Below, one piece after another: positions 61,401 to 64,000 of a DNA stretch of 64,000 bases. The stretch's first letter is position 1. Every line of letters starts with the position of its first letter. The DNA comes from Podarcis vaucheri (lineage: Eukaryota). A program made the translations under genes and the position numbers. Where the stretch lies: NCBI GenBank assembly GCA_965113315.1, contig OZ220367.1; one strand, written 5' to 3'. Below the pieces are notes generated by a model. It was not told where the DNA came from. It saw only the letters and a program-made list of their open reading frames with translations, and did not search any database.

Positions 61401-63778
61401 AGCAGGATGAGATTCTTATGGGTCAGGGAAAGCCTGGGCGAAAATATCTGACTTCACAAAACATCTGAAACAACTTATGGTTGCTGCTTCACTTACAGCA
61501 AAGGGTATTTCTTAATGCAGGGCAATAACAGAAGATGCCCATCTTCATATCATGACCCTATGACATTCTGTAGGGTACAGTACTACAAGAATTTTCTCAG
61601 ATTATCTGATTGATCCTACAGGCCTATATACAAGGGCAGGCAGTCTTTCAGGTATCCTGGTCTGAGCTGTTTATTTATATGTTAACAACAAGACCTTCAG
61701 CATAGCCCAGTACCTGATGGGCAGCCAGCGCGGTTTCCTCAGCACAATGTAACACATGCCTATCCAGGTATTCCACACAATAACCGGGGCACAGCATTCT
61801 GCACTAGCTGCAACTTCCAAACTAATCTCAAGGGAAACCCCACAAAGAGTACATATTTAACACCAATTCAGCAAAAATATAAACTATATAAATATCAAAT
61901 ATTAAGTTTGGTGTTATAGATGACCACAGTCTATAATAACAGAATAAAGTTTCAATCCATCTTGTCCATTGTATGCTTTTTAATTTTTATGTACACAGCT
62001 TGGAAACTTAGTAATTCATTCATATATAAATACTTTAAACATTTTTAAAAATGCAGGAAAAATTCTTTAAAATTTAGTTTTCTTCAGTGTTGTCTACCCT
62101 TATATTGAGCACAATGGCCAGTGTTGGTTCTCCAGTGTTTGTTCTATAAGAACAAAGCACAACATATTGCCATTATTGTTTCACCTTAAATTAGTTCTTA
62201 GCACAAATTTGAAGCCCACACTTAAGCCAGTGAATCTCTGTGAATGACATAAGTTTTCCTACTAACACAGAAAGTGGCATAGAGTTTACCAGTCCACAGA
62301 CAACTCTGCTCCAAATAAGCTATTTCATTGTGCTATCCTAACTGCGCAGCTTAGGTAATGCCGCTGAATTAAAATGGAAGAGAATCAACACAGGCATTCA
62401 CTTTCAATACTGAAACCACAATACAAAGCTCAGAGCAAAATAGATCTTAACCTATGTGCAAAGTTATATAATAAACTGACATCGAACAAACCTTAATTTG
62501 CTCTTAATTTTCCAAGAAGAGAAACAGGGGTTAGTTTACTCAGAAATCAATTTTATTTGAATGCTGTAAATACCTGCATGTGAGCAGGGATGAGATAATG
62601 GGAGCAGTGGCATTTACTTTAGAATGCTTCATTATCAGTTCAGGTACAAACAAGGGCAAAAAAGCACTGCAGAATGACTCATTCCAACAGCTGTCACATT
62701 AAATGGTTTATTGGTAAGGAATAACAAACTGATATTCCATGTTCAAAATCAGACGCCAGATTTAAGGCACATAGCAAACTGGAACACCTGGTTCTTGCAT
62801 TGTTTTAAAATGCAGAGTTCACACACAAAGGCAGTACCTAGCACCCACACATACACTGTGAGGAAGGCAGCATAATACCATAGTTTAGGACCCCAAGCTG
62901 GTATAGTAGATGCTACAACCCATCCTATGGATTAATTTGTTGATATCCATAATCTTCAGAACAAAGCCATTTAATAAAAACTGGACTAACTATTAAAATA
63001 AACCCAATATGCCTGTGTGAACAAGGTGTGGCTTACAGGTGGCTGGTGTAACATAGTGGTTAGTAACATAAGCTGTGATCTGAGAAGTCTACAGCTCATA
63101 TCCCAGCTCAGTCATGAACTTACCCATTTGGCCTTTGGCAAACCAATCACCTTCAGCCTCAGGTCTCTTGTTTGTATCGTGACAGTAATACTGCCCTGTC
63201 ATAGAACAGCTGTAAAACTTACCAAGATTAAATACAGAGGTTCGGTGTGCAGTGACACCAGTATGCTGATAATACCCATGCCACCCTGCATTGTCTAGGG
63301 AGGCAATAGAAGTTCTCAGTGTGGGATTGGATAAGGCTAAAAACCCAAGCGAAACTTCAGTCCCAATAGTAATTTCTGTCTTTGGATGTTCTACTAAGCA
63401 GCTCGTAAGCTTTTTCCTGCTGGTTTTTGTTTGGTTTACTGCTGCTGATTTTTAATTCAATTCATTCATTCATTCTTGGTTGACTGGCTTAGATTTGATC
63501 ATTGGTCACATTGTGCAACCTTTTTGATTCAAAGGGGGTAACAAAATTATTTTAATGTATAAATAAATAGCACTTTGATCACTAAGAAAAAACCACTTCA
63601 TGGGCCTTAAGCACCATAACTGCAATAAAAAAATGAATTTCAAGAATACAAATAAAGATATATTACTATAAAACAAAAACTTACCCACTTGGCAATTGGA
63701 CACCCTTGGGAGCTTTTTCCTTCTCTGCCTGTATACACAACTACCTCAATTCTTACAGCACTTCCTTTTGCTCCATAC
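45368..63778 (-). CDS. TET1: TET1 methylcytosine dioxygenase, C-terminal catalytic exons (gene continues upstream, beyond the window end)
   Basis: Cys-rich and DSBH motifs [60 protein letters not shown]-terminus [13 protein letters not shown] is TET1-type; tandem with CCAR1 as in human. Confidence 0.95.
47140..47910 (-). mobile_element. Degraded L2-clade LINE fragment (similar remnants at ~740-1100, 31610-32170, 52930-53340, 60495-60730, 61400-61850)
   Basis: [21 protein letters not shown] is a typical L2 ORF2 C-terminal motif; boundaries approximate. Confidence 0.7.
48102..48426 (-). CDS. TET1: TET1 exon (~11)
   Basis: [40 protein letters not shown]...KSL; 325 nt, ends phase 1. Confidence 0.95.
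49188..49325 (-). CDS. TET1: TET1 exon (~10), HxD iron-binding motif
   Basis: [46 protein letters not shown]; 138 nt. Confidence 0.97.
50391..50480 (-). CDS. TET1: TET1 exon (~9)
   Basis: [30 protein letters not shown]; 90 nt. Confidence 0.95.
53924..54074 (-). CDS. TET1: TET1 exon (~8)
   Basis: [50 protein letters not shown]; 151 nt. Confidence 0.96.
54685..54893 (-). CDS. TET1: TET1 exon (~7)
   Basis: [39 protein letters not shown]...RRCALNE; 209 nt. Confidence 0.96.
57239..57479. mobile_element. Tigger/pogo-like MITE, 241 bp
   Basis: TA-CAGTGGTACCTCAGTTTA...TAAACTGAGGTACCACTG-TA. Confidence 0.92.
60135..60291 (+). mobile_element. CR1 LINE 3' end
   Basis: [17 protein letters not shown]-type end followed by ggtccct.ccaactctacaattcta tail. 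Confidence 0.8.
60915..61261 (-). mobile_element. Sauria-type SINE, full length
   Basis: Reverse-complement match to the 38598 copy; 12-bp TSD tcccgatatata (60903-60914, 61262-61273). Confidence 0.92.
63685..63778 (-). CDS. TET1: TET1 exon (~6)
   Basis: (R)[31 protein letters not shown]; 94 nt; ACAG|...TGG|GTAAG. Confidence 0.95.
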
Positions 63779-64000
63779 CTGTAGAAAGGAAAAACTAGTA
63801 AGGATTATGAAATGTCCTAGTAATTAATTCCGTTAATAAGTAGAGAAGCAACAGGCCCCTTCCAAGCTTATGCCCAGCACCACTTGGGGAAGGCAGCTAT
63901 TAACCCCTTCCTCAGTCCTTAGGAATGGACCCAGTATAGCTGAAGGAGCGTCTCCACCCCCATCGCTCAGCCCAGACACTGAGGTCCTCCTCCAAGGGTC

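Noticed and set aside
45368-63778. Assignment as TET2 or TET3
   Set aside because: C-terminal GPYNHW ending and adjacency to CCAR1 favour TET1.

Overview
Vertebrate nuclear DNA, not prokaryotic. The repeat content (Sauria-type SINEs, BovB LINE, CR1/L2 fragments, Tigger-like MITEs) points to a squamate reptile, probably a lacertid lizard (inference). Two spliced genes lie on the minus strand in the order known from the human TET1-CCAR1 locus. (1) The 3' part of TET1: seven catalytic-domain exons at 63778-45368, followed by a probable very long (~13 kb) 3'UTR rich in miR-26/miR-29 seed matches. (2) Nearly all of CCAR1: CpG-island promoter at ~29.3-30.6 kb and 23 of 24 coding exons traced from 28647 to 4063, with one exon inferred to lie in a 300-N assembly gap. 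CCAR1 intron 12 hosts a box C/D snoRNA (SNORD98 orthologue, 18S rRNA guide). Most short ORFs in the track are exon read-throughs, antisense shadows or TE fragments. I found no convincing wholly novel system. The most interesting signals are regulatory: a CCAR1 uORF, candidate poison exons, snoRNA displacement by TE insertions, the long TET1 UTR, a 5S-derived SINE and structured MITEs. Exon numbers follow human numbering from memory.
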